64,000 bases of DNA from Eledone cirrhosa. Lineage: Eukaryota. This document shows, in pieces, positions 43,005 through 58,098 of this stretch. The position numbers were made by a program, and so were the translations under genes. The notes under the pieces were generated by a model. The model ran no database searches, was not told the DNA's origin, and saw only the letters and a list, made by a program, of their open reading frames with translations. Numbering within the stretch: position 1 is the stretch's first letter; every line of letters begins with the position of its first letter. The stretch covers positions 9,486,001 to 9,550,000 of the forward strand of contig OZ024745.1 of NCBI GenBank assembly GCA_964016885.1, given 5' to 3'.

Positions 43005-45165
43005 TCATCATCATCATCATCATCACCGTTTTACGTCCGTTCTTCCACGCTAGCATGGGTTAGACGGGTTGTCCTGTTGTGGGCAGTGTCTGGTCGGCTG
43101 ACCATGCCTTGCTCATACAGGAACTGATCTGGCTTGATTTCTACAGCTGGATGCCCTTCCTAACACCAACCTCATTTACAGTGAGTGCTGGGTGCTTTTT
43201 CGTGGCGCCTACACGTCCACTTTACAGTGTGGGCTGGGTGCTTTTTTGCCGTGGCACCTCCACGACCACCTTGCGGTGGGGTGGGGGGGGGGGGGCATAT
43301 TGTTTATATGCTTCAGCATGTACCCATGGGAGGTCGGGTACCCTGTATTACTGCGTGACGCCAGAAGTCACGGTCGTGTGTCATTGACTTTGAGAGGTGT
43401 AGTTGGGTAAGGTCGGCTTTTATCACCTCATCCCAAGTCATCTTGGGTCTCCCCACTCCGCGGTTTCCATCAACTTCTAGTGCTCTGCACCTTTTTATGC
43501 AGCTGTCATCCTTCATACGCATCACATGTCCATACCAGCGTAACCGCCTCTCCTGCACGCAGCATTTGATTCCTCTTATGCTCAGTCTCTCTCTCAATTC
43601 ATTTATGCTTTGTCGTTCACGTATATTACTGTTACACATCCATCGGAGCATGCAGGCTTCGTTTCTCTCTAATCTACGTAAGTCTTCCACCTTCAGCGCC
43701 CAGGTCTCACTACCATGCAACATCGCTGTTCGGATACACGCATCATACAGTCTGCCTTTCATTCTGAGGGAGAAGCCTTTTGCAGCTAGCAGTGGTAGTA
43801 GTTCCCTAAACTTCTTCCATCCCGTTCTTACCCTAGTTATTGTACTTTCTGAGCACCCACCTCCGTTGCTAATTCGGTCACCTAGGTAGCAGAAGCTGTC
43901 TACTGTTTCTACAGGGCCCTCCCAGAGATTGGTGGTACTTGTTTCCTGTGGCTGTTTGCTTGCTGTTTCAGCACAGCTGCTGCATGTGAATCCTACATTC
44001 TTAATTAAGCTTCCTGAGATCCCGCTACATCTCTTGTGTACCCATTGTTTGCATTTGGGGCAAAGAATGGAGTTCCTACCTACACCTTTCCTACATACTG
44101 AGCAAGGCCATTTCCCTGAGGGGATCTGGGTTCTGTTTTCTCGTCTACTTATAAGGACCTTAGTCTTTGTCATGTTGACTTTGAGGCCCTTTCTCTCTAG
44201 TCCCTGCTTCCAGGTTTGGAATTTATTCTCTAGTTCTACCATAGATTCAGCTATGAGTGCGAGGTCATCAGCATACAGGAGTTCCCATGGGCATCCGGTC
44301 TTAAACTCCTCCGTTATTGCCTGCAGGACTATGATGAACAGGAGAGGGCTAAGAACAGAGCCCTGGTGGACCCCAACCTGTACGCTAAATTCCTCGCTAT
44401 ACTCATTGCCAATCCTAACTTTGCTGACTGCTCCCCTATACATGGCTTGTACCGCTTTCACAAGCCATTCATCTACTCCTAGTTTTCTAAGAGCCCACCA
44501 GATTACTGCACGTGGAACTCTGTCAAAGGCTTTCTCAAGGTCGACAAATGCCAAGTAGAGTGGCTTACTTTTAGCTAGGTACTTTTCCTGTAATTGCCTC
44601 ACAAGGAAGAGCGCATCAGTGGTGCCTTTCCCTGGTACAAACCCAAATTGCATCTCGTCTATATTCACCCGGTCCCTAATCAGCTGTGCTATAACTCTTT
44701 CTGTTACTTTCATGACCTGGTCCATCAACTTTATACCTCTATAGTTTCCTCTATCTAGTGCATCGCCTTTACCTTTGTAGCAGTTGACAATGATGCTACT
44801 GCACCAATCTTTTGGTATGGCCCCCTCTAGTATTACCTGGTTAACGATACGTGTGGTTATAGTGTGACCTACAGACCCAGATGCCTTCAGCATCTCGGCA
44901 GCTATACCCGATGGACCGGTTGCCTTCCCTATCTTCATATCTCTGATTGCCTTACTTACTACGCTGCCGCTGACTTGTACTGCTGGTCCCTCTATAGGGT
45001 CTACGTGGGGTAGGGTCTCTTCTTCCCATGCATTCTCCTCATTTAGTAATCTATCATAATGACTCTTCCATGCATCTTTCTTCTCAGCACTTGTGAGGGC
45101 AAGCTCACCTTTATCATTCCGGATACACTTCTCTCCAATGACATCACAACTATCTCTGACACACA
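43005..45165 (-). mobile_element. 5'-truncated RTE LINE with an uninterrupted RT-PHD ORF segment
   Basis: ORF open from 45165 to 43313; (CAT)n tail at 43005; abuts (TA)n at both ends. Confidence 0.93.
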
Positions 45166-45207
45166 TGTATATATATATATATATACATGTATATATATAT
45201 ACATGTA

Positions 45208-45240
<33 letters not shown>

Positions 45241-45315
45241 GTATATATATATGTGTATATATATGTGTATATATATATATGTGTATATATATATATGTAT
45301 ATATATATATATGTG

Positions 45316-45347
<32 letters not shown>

Positions 45348-45447
45348 TGTGTATATATATATATGTATATATATATATGTATATATATATATATGTATAT
45401 GTATATATATATATATGTATATATATATATGTATATATATATACATG

Positions 45448-45482
<35 letters not shown>

Positions 45483-45483
45483 G

Positions 45484-45533
<50 letters not shown>

Positions 45534-45673
45534 AATATATATATATATGTATATATATATATATGTGTATATATATATATATGTGTATATATATATATGT
45601 GTATATATATATATGTGTATATATATATATGTGTATATATATATGTATATATATATATATATATGTGTATATG

Positions 45674-45772
<99 letters not shown>

Positions 45773-45807
45773 GTACATATATATATACATATATATATAT
45801 ATACATA
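45166..45807. repeat. Interrupted (TA)n microsatellite
   Basis: Mostly TATGT interruptions on the + strand. Confidence 0.95.
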
Positions 45808-45856
45808 TTAAGAGAGTAAAACAAAGAAGCCTTCAATACATCAAAAGTCTTTATTA

Positions 45857-45894
45857 GCCGACAATGTTTCGTCCTATTAAGGACTCATCAGGGC
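45857..45894 (-). ncRNA. Canonical type I hammerhead ribozyme (family D)
   Basis: gcc-CTGATGA-gtcct taat aggac-GAAAC-att-GTC-ggc; GUC triplet. Confidence 0.9.
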
Positions 45895-46398
45895 AATTAA
45901 AACAACAAGAAGTAATATCGGCAAATACAAGCCGGAAGCTCCGAAGAATATGGAGTGTACATACACTAAAGTATTGCAAAAATATATAATAAAAATAATA
46001 AAAATATATAATAAAAATTACTAAGGATGTATATAACATTAAGAACCATATTACAAATATAGTCCAAAGCAAAAAAAACCCATAGCTAAACAAAGGTGGT
46101 TATATAGAGCAGTAATTATATATAATACAATGTAATATAATATAATTTTATATTATATTACATTGTATTATATATAATTACTGCTCTATATAACCACCTT
46201 TGTTTAGCTCTGGGTTTTTTTTGCTTTGGACTATATTTGTAATATGGTTCTTAATGTTATATACATCCTTAGTAATTTTTATTATATATTTTTATTATTT
46301 TTATTATATATTTTTGCAATACTTTAGTGTATGTACACTCCATATTCTTCGGAGCTTCCGGCTTGTATTTGCCGATATTACTTCTTGTTGTTTTAATT

Positions 46399-46436
46399 GC
46401 CCTGATGAGTCCTTAATAGGACGAAACATTGAAGGC
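46399..46436 (+). ncRNA. Family D hammerhead, inactivated by a deletion through the cleavage site
   Basis: Core is intact but GAAACATTG is joined to AAGGC by a 28-nt deletion at an ATTG microhomology. Confidence 0.6.
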
Positions 46437-46709
46437 TTCTTTGTTTTACTCTCTTAATTTTTCGGCTCTGTTTAACTACATTGAGCTATACCTTTTACTG
46501 TCATTTCTATAATACGAAGAGGGTGTTTAACTCCAACACGCTCCAGTATTTTAACCCTTATATATATACATATATATGTATATATATATATGTACATATA
46601 TATATATATGTACATATATATATATATATATATACATACATATATATATGTATATATATATATGTATATATATATATGTATATATATATATGTATATATA
46701 TATATGTAC

Positions 46710-46758
<49 letters not shown>

Positions 46759-46876
46759 CATATATTGAGTTGCTACCAAGATGAAAACTACTATGAAATC
46801 CCACAATGAATTCTATACTTGAATTTTCAAATCTCAAATCTTCTTCTTATTAATTTTTCTTAATATTAATCAACAT

Positions 46877-46914
46877 TTGAAAAGATGGCTTTTGCAGACC
46901 CATCGAAACCGGTC
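46877..46914 (+). ncRNA. Degenerate hammerhead-like motif
   Basis: TTGAAAA-gatgg..ccatc-GAAAC-cg-GTC; two core mismatches. Confidence 0.4.
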
Positions 46915-47025
46915 ATTTTTTATACCCTTTATTATTTCCTTACCTTATAAAATTATATGTTTTTTCACAAAAAAGTATTCTGTCTCTTATATATTCCATG
47001 TGCCATTACCAACCTCAATTTTCTC

Positions 47026-47088
<63 letters not shown>

Positions 47089-47270
47089 ATTTAAGTAAGT
47101 GCCATACTAAGAGTGAGAAATGAAATTTCGTTTTCATTTTGTTTCAATTTATCGTTTTCGGTATGCCTGACCGATTTAACTCACTCAATATGCAAATTAG
47201 GCTGCTCAGCCATTAATTTTCATAAGGAAAGTATATACTTTCGAACGTTCAACTATCTGGCAGATGGGTA

Positions 47271-47315
47271 AACGGTGCTGATGATAGCTAACAAGCTTGA
47301 AACTAGTACATCGTT
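47271..47315 (+). ncRNA. Type I hammerhead ribozyme (family E, unit 1)
   Basis: aacggtg-CTGATGA-t-agct aaca agct-t-GAAAC-ta-GTA-catcgtt; 7-bp stem I; palindromic ACTAGT stem III. Confidence 0.85.
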
Positions 47316-47742
47316 CCTGTGTCAGTGTTGAACAAAAAGGTGACGTGGTTGCCTTAACACCGTATGGCATAAATTCAGGCTGTTCAGTTTGTTTACAAAC
47401 GAACAAAGCCACGTTATAATAAGCGCCGCTAAACTGATACGTGCATATATGTATGTGTACCTGTATGCATATGTATGTATATATGTATATATATATATAT
47501 ATGTGCATGCTACTGTACGTCTGTATACATATATGTATGTACGTATACATGCATACTTACATTTAAGTAAGTGCCATACTAAGAGTGAGAAATGAAATTT
47601 CGTTTTCATTTTGTTTCAATTTATCGTTTTCGGTATGCCTGACCGATTTAACTCACTCAATATGCAAATTAGGCTGCTCAGCCGTTAATTTTCATAAGGA
47701 AAGTATATACTTTCGAACGTTCAACTATCTGGCAGATGGGTA

Positions 47743-47787
47743 AACGGTGCTGATGATAGCTAACAAGCTTGAAACTAGTACATCGTT
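47743..47787 (+). ncRNA. Type I hammerhead ribozyme (family E, unit 2)
   Basis: Identical motif 472 bp downstream. Confidence 0.85.
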
Positions 47788-48092
47788 CCTGTGTCAGTGT
47801 TGAACAAAAAGGTGACGTGGTTGCCTTAACACCGTATGGCATAAATTCAGGCTGTTCAGTTTGTTTACAAACGAACAAAGCGACGTTATAATAAGCGCCG
47901 CTAAACTGATACGTGCATATATGTATGTGTACCTGTATGCATATGTATGTATATATGTATATATATATATATATATGTGCATGCTACTGTACGTCTGTAT
48001 ACATATATGTATGTACGTATACATGCATACTTACATTTAAGTAAGTGCCATACTAAGAGTGAGAAATGAAATTTCGTTTTCATTTTGTTTCA

Positions 48093-48968
<876 letters not shown>

Positions 48969-51107
48969 TTCATTAGTTAAGCAAAACAAGACCACAAACT
49001 TCACAAGGAAGACATTATTAAAAGATTGTCAACATATTTTAGTTAGATGTAAGGAATGTAGAGAATAATAATATTAATAATAATAATGTCCGTTTGCAAT
49101 CGTTTCGCTTCTCCATATAATATCTGTGGATCAGATGACTATATATCATAATTGATCTGGTTCTGTTGAAAATAATTAACATATTTAAAAAAACAGAGTG
49201 GCTCATCGGAACTCAAAGAAATATAAATTAAAATAATGTTACATAATATAATGTTCCATATATTGGTTTTTACTTTGGTGTCTTGGTTGCATCAGCTGTC
49301 AGCCATAATCAGCTGCATTGTGTGAGATCTGCCTATGGCAAACCTCAGACCTCAGGCGTTCTTCATCCCTGAACTGCCATTTTCCTCTGCAAAATCAGGA
49401 AGAATGCATCCTGCTTGAGGAAGGAGCCCTGTAATGTAGAGCTATTGATGCTGTGGGTGTCATTGGCTGTTCTCAACAGTAATGCCTTTGCTATTTTATC
49501 CACAAGTCGCAGCTGAGACATACTGTCCAGACTGGGGTGTAGCCTGTCGCTCCCTCCACCTTTCCCTTACTTTTGCTATTTAATATTTTTTCTTTTTTCT
49601 GTTTTGTTTGCATTGCTTTTCTTTTTTCTATAAAGATATTTTTGTCAGCTACAGCAATGTAAATTTACAAAAATTGAACAATTTTGTCTGAAAATTTCAG
49701 CTATAAATTGATATTTCTTTTAATTATTTGCTGTAAATATTTGGAAAGCATATGTACCTCATTATTCACAAATCTTCTCCTGTCTGTATCTGAAACATTC
49801 AATATTTACAATACTTTTTTTTTTTTTGGTCAGTTCCCAGCAATTTTTCATTTTATTTTCTTTCTTCTGCTCTTTCAAGTTATTCACCTTCTGTATTTCT
49901 ACTTTTTCTTACTCATTATTGAAATACCAGTATCTTATTGATTAATTGATTCTTCCATATGCTTTTTGGCACCAGTATCTTCAATACTGCTTTGTCTGTA
50001 GCAGTAGTAGTAGTATTATTAATGATACAATAATTCTCTGCAGATGCACTCTTGGTATTTTCTTATTAAAAAAAAAAAAAATATATAAACAAACAAAATG
50101 AAAAATCATTCTCATATTTTTTTAACATTTAACCACGGGCTGTCCTGTTTTTTGTTTTTTCCTTGCGAAATATTTGACTATGAAATAATTTAAAATAAGT
50201 TGTTCTATCTTCAGTTATTTTGCTTATTCCTATGCCATTATTTGTAGTAACATAGGATTCTCAGAAATGTTTGCTTGGGCAGCATGACAAAACTGATAAA
50301 CTGATTCTTATTTTGATTGTCTCTGTTGTTGTTGGATGATCCTGGTTAACATCAGAATATTTACTCATTCTTTCTAAACATGGTTAAAAATTACTTGTTC
50401 TTATTTTACAGATTGTTTTTTTTATTACCAAGACTTTAATCACTACATTAAATAGGTTGAGCAAGTACATAGAAGGTTTTCCATTGGTTTCTTTATCATT
50501 CTTAGCAATTTATGATTGAGTTGGATTAATCCTAGTTGGGATAATGAGGTATCAGTTGGACATGGGTGGAGTCTGCATATATCTGGCTAATTTAGAGATG
50601 AAGCAGCCATTTTAGTAACATCATCATTATCATTGTTTTATGTTTATTTTCCATGTTAGATGGGTTGTCATGTTCTGAAGTTAGACAGACATATCACATG
50701 ACAGTGTCTTGCTCAAACATTTCATTTTGGCATGGTTTCTATGACTAAATGCCCTTCTTGTTTCCTCGTAGCACTAACATGACCACTTTACAGTGTGGGC
50801 TATAACCAGTACTTCTACATTCCAGTGTGGGCTGAACACAGTTTAATGTAGTACCAGTACTACCACAATTCAACACAAGTGTCCTTGCATCTTTGGCCAG
50901 GCTGTTAGGACTGTGATAAGATGATGAGGGGTGAGAAAGGGTTTGGGGCTGTGTGTTTCTAATCTATGAATATGCAGATTTGTCACTGTATATATGTGCA
51001 ATTGCCATGATAAATCATAAGAAATTATGGGGCCTGATAATTGTAAATATGCTTTTAAAGAGGATCATAGAAAGTTTTTAGTTGGGAAGGGACAGTCAAC
51101 TGAATTT

Positions 51108-51545
51108 ATAATAATAATAATAATGAAATTATTGTGTAAAGTGCTCAGGTGCACTACAACTCGTCAAAGGTGTATGTATAGTACATAGAATAATACACAA
51201 ATGTCAGGGAAGTGAATAGTGTATGAGTCATGGTATACATGTGTGTATGTGTATGGAGGGGGAACATTAGCTGTAGTGTTGGTGGATCTCGGGAAGCATG
51301 GAGGCCTTAAAGGATGCAGTGTCCCGACAGCTAACAACTGATGCAGGTAGTTTGTTCCATGCTTCAGCAACACTGAGCGTGAAAATATGTTTCCGAAAGT
51401 CATGGGAACTGTACTGTTTTCTGACTTTGTGGGCATGTCCACGTGTGTTAGACACATGGAAATCAAAATGGTACTCAGGGTTGTTGTTGGCAAGATGGTT
51501 ATCTAACATATTACTGGTACTTGTTTTATCAACCATGGATAGCTG
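51108..51545 (-). mobile_element. CR1/L2-type LINE 3' fragment with (ATT)n tail
   Basis: TRGHAHKVRK...FRKHIFTLSVAEAWNKLP...FKA. Confidence 0.8.
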
Positions 51546-51599
51546 AATGTTGACACTGGCAAGAGTTCAGTATAATGTTATCTCATTATTTTGTGATAG

Positions 51600-52025
51600 A
51601 GTGGTGGATTGGCAGTAATGGTAGATCATCGAACAATATGCTTTGTAGCATATAATTACATCCCTTTATTTCTGAGTTCAAATCTCCCTACGATGTTAGC
51701 CATGTCTTTCATCTTTATGTGGTCAGTAAAATAAAGTACCATTAATGCTCTGAGGTTGACTTAATTGACTTTCCCCTCTCCAAAGATTATTGGCCTTGTG
51801 CTTAAATCAGCAACAAGTATTAGTTTTTGGCAGTGGATTAGTAGAATCAGTAGATCAAATGCCTTACGATGTTAAGTTATGGCTTTTTGCATTCTGAGTT
51901 CAAATCCCACCCAGGTCAACTTTGCTTTTCAATCTTCCAAGGTTGATAAAACACTAGTAAAGTACTAGGGTCAATACAGTCGACTTCCCCTTTCCGTGGT
52001 TGTTGGTCTTGTGTCAATGTTAGAA
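51600..52025 (+). mobile_element. Two adjacent SINE copies (family of 21048)
   Basis: GTGGATTGGCAG head, CTGAGTTCAAAT B box and TAAAATAAAGTACC, all present twice. Confidence 0.6.
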
Positions 52026-52173
52026 TTATTTTACGATAGTTTGTGATTTCATAATAAAATAATGTTAATTGCTTATCAGAAGTGTTGTTTTTATAGTTAA
52101 AAGATCATTGGAGTATATTTTGTTGCTTTTTATTTGTGTCTCTTTAAGAACTTTCTATATTTCCTGATTTTAA

Positions 52174-52480
52174 AGGTACATGGCTTAGTGGTTAAGATGC
52201 TGGGCTCATAATCATAAGATTGTGCGTTTGATTTCTGAACTAGATAACTTGTTGTGTCCTTAAGCAAGACATTTTATTTTATGTTACTCCAGTCCACCCA
52301 GCTGGCAAAAGTGAGTTGTACCTGTAAATTCAATGTGTGACAGCCTCGTCACACATTAAATCAGGCTAAATCTCCCTGAGAACTACATTAAAGATGCACA
52401 TGTCTGTGGAATGCTCAGCCACTTACATGTCGACAGTTTCATTGATTGAATCAATTGGAGTCTTTCTTCCTTCCATCATC
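52174..52480 (+). mobile_element. tRNA-derived SINE copy
   Basis: GGTACATGGCTTAGTGGTTAAG head; CCTTAAGCAAGAC. Confidence 0.65.
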
Positions 52481-53458
52481 GGAAATGAAAGAAGTTCAAC
52501 AATATGTAACCTCAGACTTCATTGAAACTAGGAACTTTTCTTTCTAATCTAAAGTTAAAAACATTCCTATCTCATTACTGGTGCATCTTGAGGCTTAGTG
52601 GAGAATGATGTCATTACTGTGTTAGAAATAAAGGTTCTTACTTTGATGGCAGTTTAGGAGTATGTACACATTAAACAAATGAGACACTCCATGACTGAAA
52701 CCTTGTGTAGATGTTGATGTCAAGAAATATTTTAGTTTTAAAGATGAATGTTTTATTAGTCATCACATTATTATTTTTTTAGTGCATTTAAGGAAGCCCC
52801 ATGTCTCTCTAAATATCATCATCATCATCACTGTTTAACATCTATTTTCAACGTTAGCATGAGTTAGATGGGTTGTACCATTGTGAGACAAGTCAGATCA
52901 GATGACCATGTCTTGCTCATACAGACCTTTTTCTGGCTTGATTGCTATGGCTGGATGCCCTTCCTAATGCCAACCACATCTATTTCATGAACTAAGTGCT
53001 TTTATTGTGGCACCGACATGACCAATTAAACTATATAATTTTCGAATATATTCTGTGATCTGGTTTTTTTTTGTTTTTTGTTTTTTTGTCCTTCTCTAGT
53101 GTTTCCTTTCTTTTGGTTAGTTCATATTAAATTTAAAATAATACAAACTGATTGGATGTTTCAGTTATGAAATATCTGCTGATAAGATCTTGTAGTCAGC
53201 TCAACATTATTGTCACCTGATTTCAATTACATCTTCTCCTATCATACATTGAACTTATCTCATCTTCTTCATCTTAGACATATATATATACGTGTGTGTG
53301 TGTGTGTGTCTAAAGAAAAATATACTTTTCTAGTTAGCAATTTTTTGTGACACTTTACTGTGTAACATTGCAGATGTGTTGCATTCTCAAAGTTGACACA
53401 GTAGTTTCTGGTGACATCTATTCCTAAGTATTTTGATGTTATTTTTTCATTTTTATAG

Positions 53459-53552
53459 GCACTCGAGAGCTCGAGATGCCATTTGCTACCATCCAAAGTT
53501 CATGTTAGCATTTTTGTCACTACTTTGTCTCTAATTGAACCCAGAAACCAAG
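53459..53552 (+). CDS. Candidate further host exon; in phase with exon E it reads RHSRARDAICYHPKFMLAFLSLLCL*, while phase 0 is open throughout
   Basis: TTTTCATTTTTATAG acceptor and AAG|GTAAAT donor; locally higher GC; reading frame ambiguous. Confidence 0.4.
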
Positions 53553-54854
53553 GTAAATAGAGCATGGATTTTTACATTTTTTTCTTTTCTATTTTCCTTT
53601 GTTTACCAGACTTCAAATATCTTCTTGGACATGGATATCAAATAGATACAAAACTACAATTACTACTTCTATTTATTTTGGGTTGTTGTTTTTTAATCAG
53701 ATGTTCTTTAGTATTTAAACATTTTTTTTTTATATTTTAAAATTATTTACCAACAATTATTCTTTTTAATATATTCTTACTTAGTTTTCACAAGTCATTT
53801 GTAATCATACTTGTGGTTTTGCGATATTTATAGTATTCTGTCTGTAAGACTTGTTAAACAAAATTAATGAAACTTTTGAGCTATCAATGTATTATTGACA
53901 AAGATGTAATGAAACATCAGATATATGCAGCCTTACTATGCATGTTGCTCCACTCATGTTCTCTGCATTATTTCATTTAGACATTTCAATCTGCTGTGCA
54001 TTTTCCTTTTTGTTCTTTTCTTGATTTTTTTTTTGTTCTTTTTTTAAGACAATTTTTTTATTTTTGTCTTGGCTTAACTTGAGATAATTATAATTTCTCA
54101 ATACTTTATATTATTTATATCAAGAAATTTATAACATCTGAATATTTCATATAATTAAGTAGAAAAAAATCTTTCACATTAAATATACATTGGGTATTAA
54201 AAACAAAGTTATCTGATGCTTTAAATTCACCCTTCTGTTATTTCTTAGATTTTCAGTACTTAAACTGTTGCAGTTAATTCAGGGAATGAGTTAATGCATT
54301 CCACTTTTCTCTTTTGTCATGGAATTCCTAAGAAATATTTTTTAATGACATCTTGCATGGGTAACTCTAATTCTTTTGATAACAATCTGTCTGAAACCAT
54401 CTCTAGTATCTATGATACAAAATTACCAATTTTAAAGTGTTCATACTCTCAATATCCTGCAATGTTTGTTAATTCAAATATTGATAGTATCTTTACTAGT
54501 GGACAGATTGTTGTGAAAATTTCCAGTAAACTAAAGACTTTGATTTTTAATGTGGTACAATCACAATGTTTTGTACTTTTCAAGAATGTCTTTCTGATCT
54601 GGTTTGATGTGGTAGGAGAAGTTAAAATCTACTGACATAGTTTTATGCAAAATCTTTTAAAATAATGTTCTATAGACCAACTTTTTAATGAAAAGGTTAT
54701 TTTTCTAAATTCCTACAATCTTTTTTATTTTACAAAATTATGCTAACAAAAAGGTTAAAGCAGTTAAGAATTTATTTTTAAATATTGGCAATACAGACAC
54801 ACGTGTGTGTGTGTATACATATATATATAGTATATATATATATATATATATATA

Positions 54855-56850
54855 GTATAATAAGTAAGGCAATCAAAGATATGAAGACAGGCAAGGCAGC
54901 TGGGCCTTCGGAGATAGTTGCTGGAACGGTGGGACACACTATGGTTACCCGGATAGTAAACCAAGTCATACAGAATGGGGTCATACCAAATGACTGGCAT
55001 AGCAGCAGCATCATTAACTGCTACAAGAGTAAAGGAGATGCCCTAGATAGGGGAAACTATAGAGGCATTAAATTAATTGACCAGGTCATGAAGGTCACAG
55101 AAAGAGTTATAGCGCAACTAATCAGAGAGCGAATTGATCTAGATGAAATGCAGTTTGAGTTTGTATCAGGTAAAAGAACCACAGACGCTCTTTTCCTTGT
55201 ACGACAACTACAGGAGAAGTACCTAGCTAAAAGTAAACCCCTATACTTAGCTTTTGTAGATTTCGAGAAAGCCTTTGACAGAGTTCCCTCGCTCCATTAT
55301 CTGGTGGGCTCTTAGAAAACTAGGTGCTGATGAATGGGTTGTGAGAGCTATACAAGCCATGTATAAAGAAATGGTCAATAAGGTTAGAATTAACAATGAA
55401 TATAGTGAAGAGTTTAGCGTAAAAGTTGGTGTTCATCAGGGCTGTGTCCTTAGCCCCCGCCTATTTATTATTACCCTTCAGGCTATAACAGAGGAGTTCA
55501 AGACCAGCTGCCCATGGGAACTTCTCTATGCTGATGATCTAACGCTCATAGCTGAATCGATGGCTGAACTAGAGAAGAAATTCCAAACATATCACCATGG
55601 CCTAGAATCAAAAGGCCTTAAAGTTAACTTGTCTAAGACTAAAGTTCGAGTATGTAGGAAGGAAAATAGGGCGCAGGTCCCTTCTGGGAAATGGCCATGC
55701 TCAGTGTGTAGGAAAGGAGTAGGCAGAAATTCCATTTTATGTCCCAAATGCAAAGTATGGGTACATAAAAGATGTAGTGGGATCACAGGTAAGCTATCTA
55801 AGAATGTAGATTTTATATGTGGCCAGTGCTCAGGTGCAATAAGTAGCAAGTACCCACAGGATACAAGCTCCTTCTATTGCCCAGATGGTTCTATAGAAAT
55901 AGTGGACACCTTCTGTTACCTGGGTAACAAAATCAGCAGTGCTGGAGGGTGCTCTGAAAGTACAGTAGCCAGAGTCAGAACGGGATGGAAAAAGTTCAGA
56001 GAGCTTATACCACTATTGGCCACTAAAGGTTTCTCTCTAAAAATGAAAAGCAGACTGTATGATGTCTGCATACGAACAGCAATGTTACATGGCAGTGAGA
56101 CCTGGGCATTGTGTGCAGAGGATCTGCACAGACTGGAGAAGAACGAAGCATGCATGCTCCGTTGGATATGTAATAGTAATATACGTGAACGCCAAAGCAT
56201 AAGTGAACTAAGTGAGAAATTAGGAATAAGAGGGATCAGATGCTATTTACTCGAGAGAAGACTACGTTGGTATGGTCACATTATGCGCATGAAAGATGAC
56301 AGCTGTATAAAAAAGTGCTGGCCGATCAAAATTGATGGTAGTTATAGAGTAGGTAGACCTAGAAAAACCTGGGACGATTTGATAAATTCCGACCTTACAT
56401 GCTTACACCTCTCTAAAACAATGTCACTGGACCAAGATCTTTGGCGCTACGCAGTAATACAGAAGCCCCGCCTTGCCTATGTACATAGCGAAACCTACAG
56501 TCAGTAGGCACCTCTTAACCAAATATACACCCCAATTCACTACCCCTTTCTCTGTAAAGTTATGTTGGTACCACAACATCCAGTCCTATATAAATGAGGT
56601 CGTGTAGGTGTCACAACAAAAAAAACACAGTTCACGCTGTAATGTGGCCGTGTAGGTAACATGGTAAAAACCTCCCAGTCCACACTGTAAACGTGGTTGG
56701 TGTTAGGAAGGGCATCCAGCTGTAGAAAACCTGCCAGACAGTCCTATACGAGCGAGACGACCAATCTTCCCTTAAATGAGACAATTCCCGTCTAAACCCA
56801 TGCCAGCGTGGAAGATAGACATTAAACGACGATGATGATGATGATGATGA
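54855..56850 (+). mobile_element. 5'-truncated RTE LINE, frameshifted near 55290
   Basis: ORFs 54785..55315 and 55275..56507; (TA)n at the 5' end; (GAT)n-(AT)n at the 3' end. Confidence 0.92.
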
Positions 56851-57604
56851 TATATATACTTAGATACTTATATAATGGAGTCTTTTAGTAGCCTTTTATT
56901 ATGATAATGAAACTAAATTGAAAATTTTACATTGAGTATATATTTTTTCTTTACTCAAAATATGAAAAGAATATGAAGAAGTTTGAAAAGGATTTGAACA
57001 AAAAGAAGTTAACTAAATTTTTTTTTTGTTTTTAATTTTCAAATCCCATTACGTTCTATAATCCTTGTGAATATGTAGATTAGTTTATTTATTATTGTTT
57101 GTTTTTTAATCATTATATCTATATAGAAATATACAATTTGGTCATTGTTTTTTGTTTTTCCACTACTGCAAAAAGAAAGTACCTGTGTGTTTTTACTTTT
57201 ACTGTGAAGAAATTGATATTATACTTATTGTGGGTTCCTGTCTAAGGCAGTGTTTTACAGCAGGATGTGCTTCCTTGGGCCATCTCTTTTACTTGCCTCT
57301 TATGACAGTCAGAGGTATGACATACCTATTCTATACTGGATACATATGAATACCTATTGCTAAAGACAATGGAGGAAGAACTCAAAGCCAAGGGAGTTAG
57401 TGTGTGTGTTTGTGTGTGTGGGGGGGGGGGGGTGATATAGCCAGTAGGACAAAATGGAGAAGCTTGTCATGGAGTCTGTAAGTTTAGCCTCTGCTTTAGC
57501 TGGGAAAATGACCTTAGGACATTTGTTGGTACTGTTGTGAAAAAATTGATATAAAAAATTCACTACATGCTTCTCAGCGTGCCCTATAATCTATGAATTT
57601 TAAA

Positions 57605-57702
57605 CCACAGATATTACTGGTATCAAAGCAGATATTACTGGTATCAAAACACAGATATTACTGTAGGATATCAAAACACAGATATTACTGGTATCAAAAC
57701 AC
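57605..57702. repeat. ~23-bp tandem repeat (ACACAGATATTACTGGTATCAAA)
   Basis: Four copies. Confidence 0.8.
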
Positions 57703-58098
57703 ATCAACAGTGACTTACAATTAATTTTGTCTTAAAGAATTCAGTTAATTATTTTTCAAGTCTTATTTTTTTAACAGAACTTTATTTGTTTGTTTCTAAT
57801 TTCACCAATTGGTGATCGAAATCCTTATTTTAGTGTGAATGTGTACATATGTATTTATAATATATATATAATGGTGGTGGTGAGAGGAGTGTTGACAGAA
57901 TTAGTAGAACATTAGACAATATAAGATGTTTCATTATGTTGCTTTATTATCTGAATTGAATTCCTTCTCAGGTTGACTTTCTTTTTCATTCTTCCAACAT
58001 TAATGAAGTTAGTATTAACCTTAGAAATGTTTTAATGTGGCTACAATCTAATGGCTGGAACCAATTAAAGAGCAAAATAATATATATATATATATATA

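Larger units (their letters stand above)
45808..46558. mobile_element. Non-autonomous PLE-like hairpin element (family D) with HHR
   Basis: Arms 45808-46145 and 46148-46457 (2-nt loop); ~100-bp right tail; (TA)n flanks. Confidence 0.8.
47088..48097 (+). repeat. 472-bp tandem repeat (~2.15 units) with one HHR per unit; retrozyme-like
   Basis: CATTTAAGTAAGTGCCATACTAAGAG recurs at ~47088, ~47560 and ~48034; no coding capacity. Confidence 0.85.

Noticed and set aside
43313-45790. 825-aa ORF as a full-length LINE protein
   Set aside because: The first ~210 aa are microsatellite; the element is 5'-truncated and lacks the endonuclease
49095-49212. Minus-strand CCGATGAG...CGAAAC hammerhead-like halves
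   Set aside because: Core mismatch, no convincing stem II over ~90 nt and no proper NUH or stem III
49285-49560. GC-richer island as a possible host exon
   Set aside because: No clean open frame with a donor site; more likely a decayed retroelement remnant
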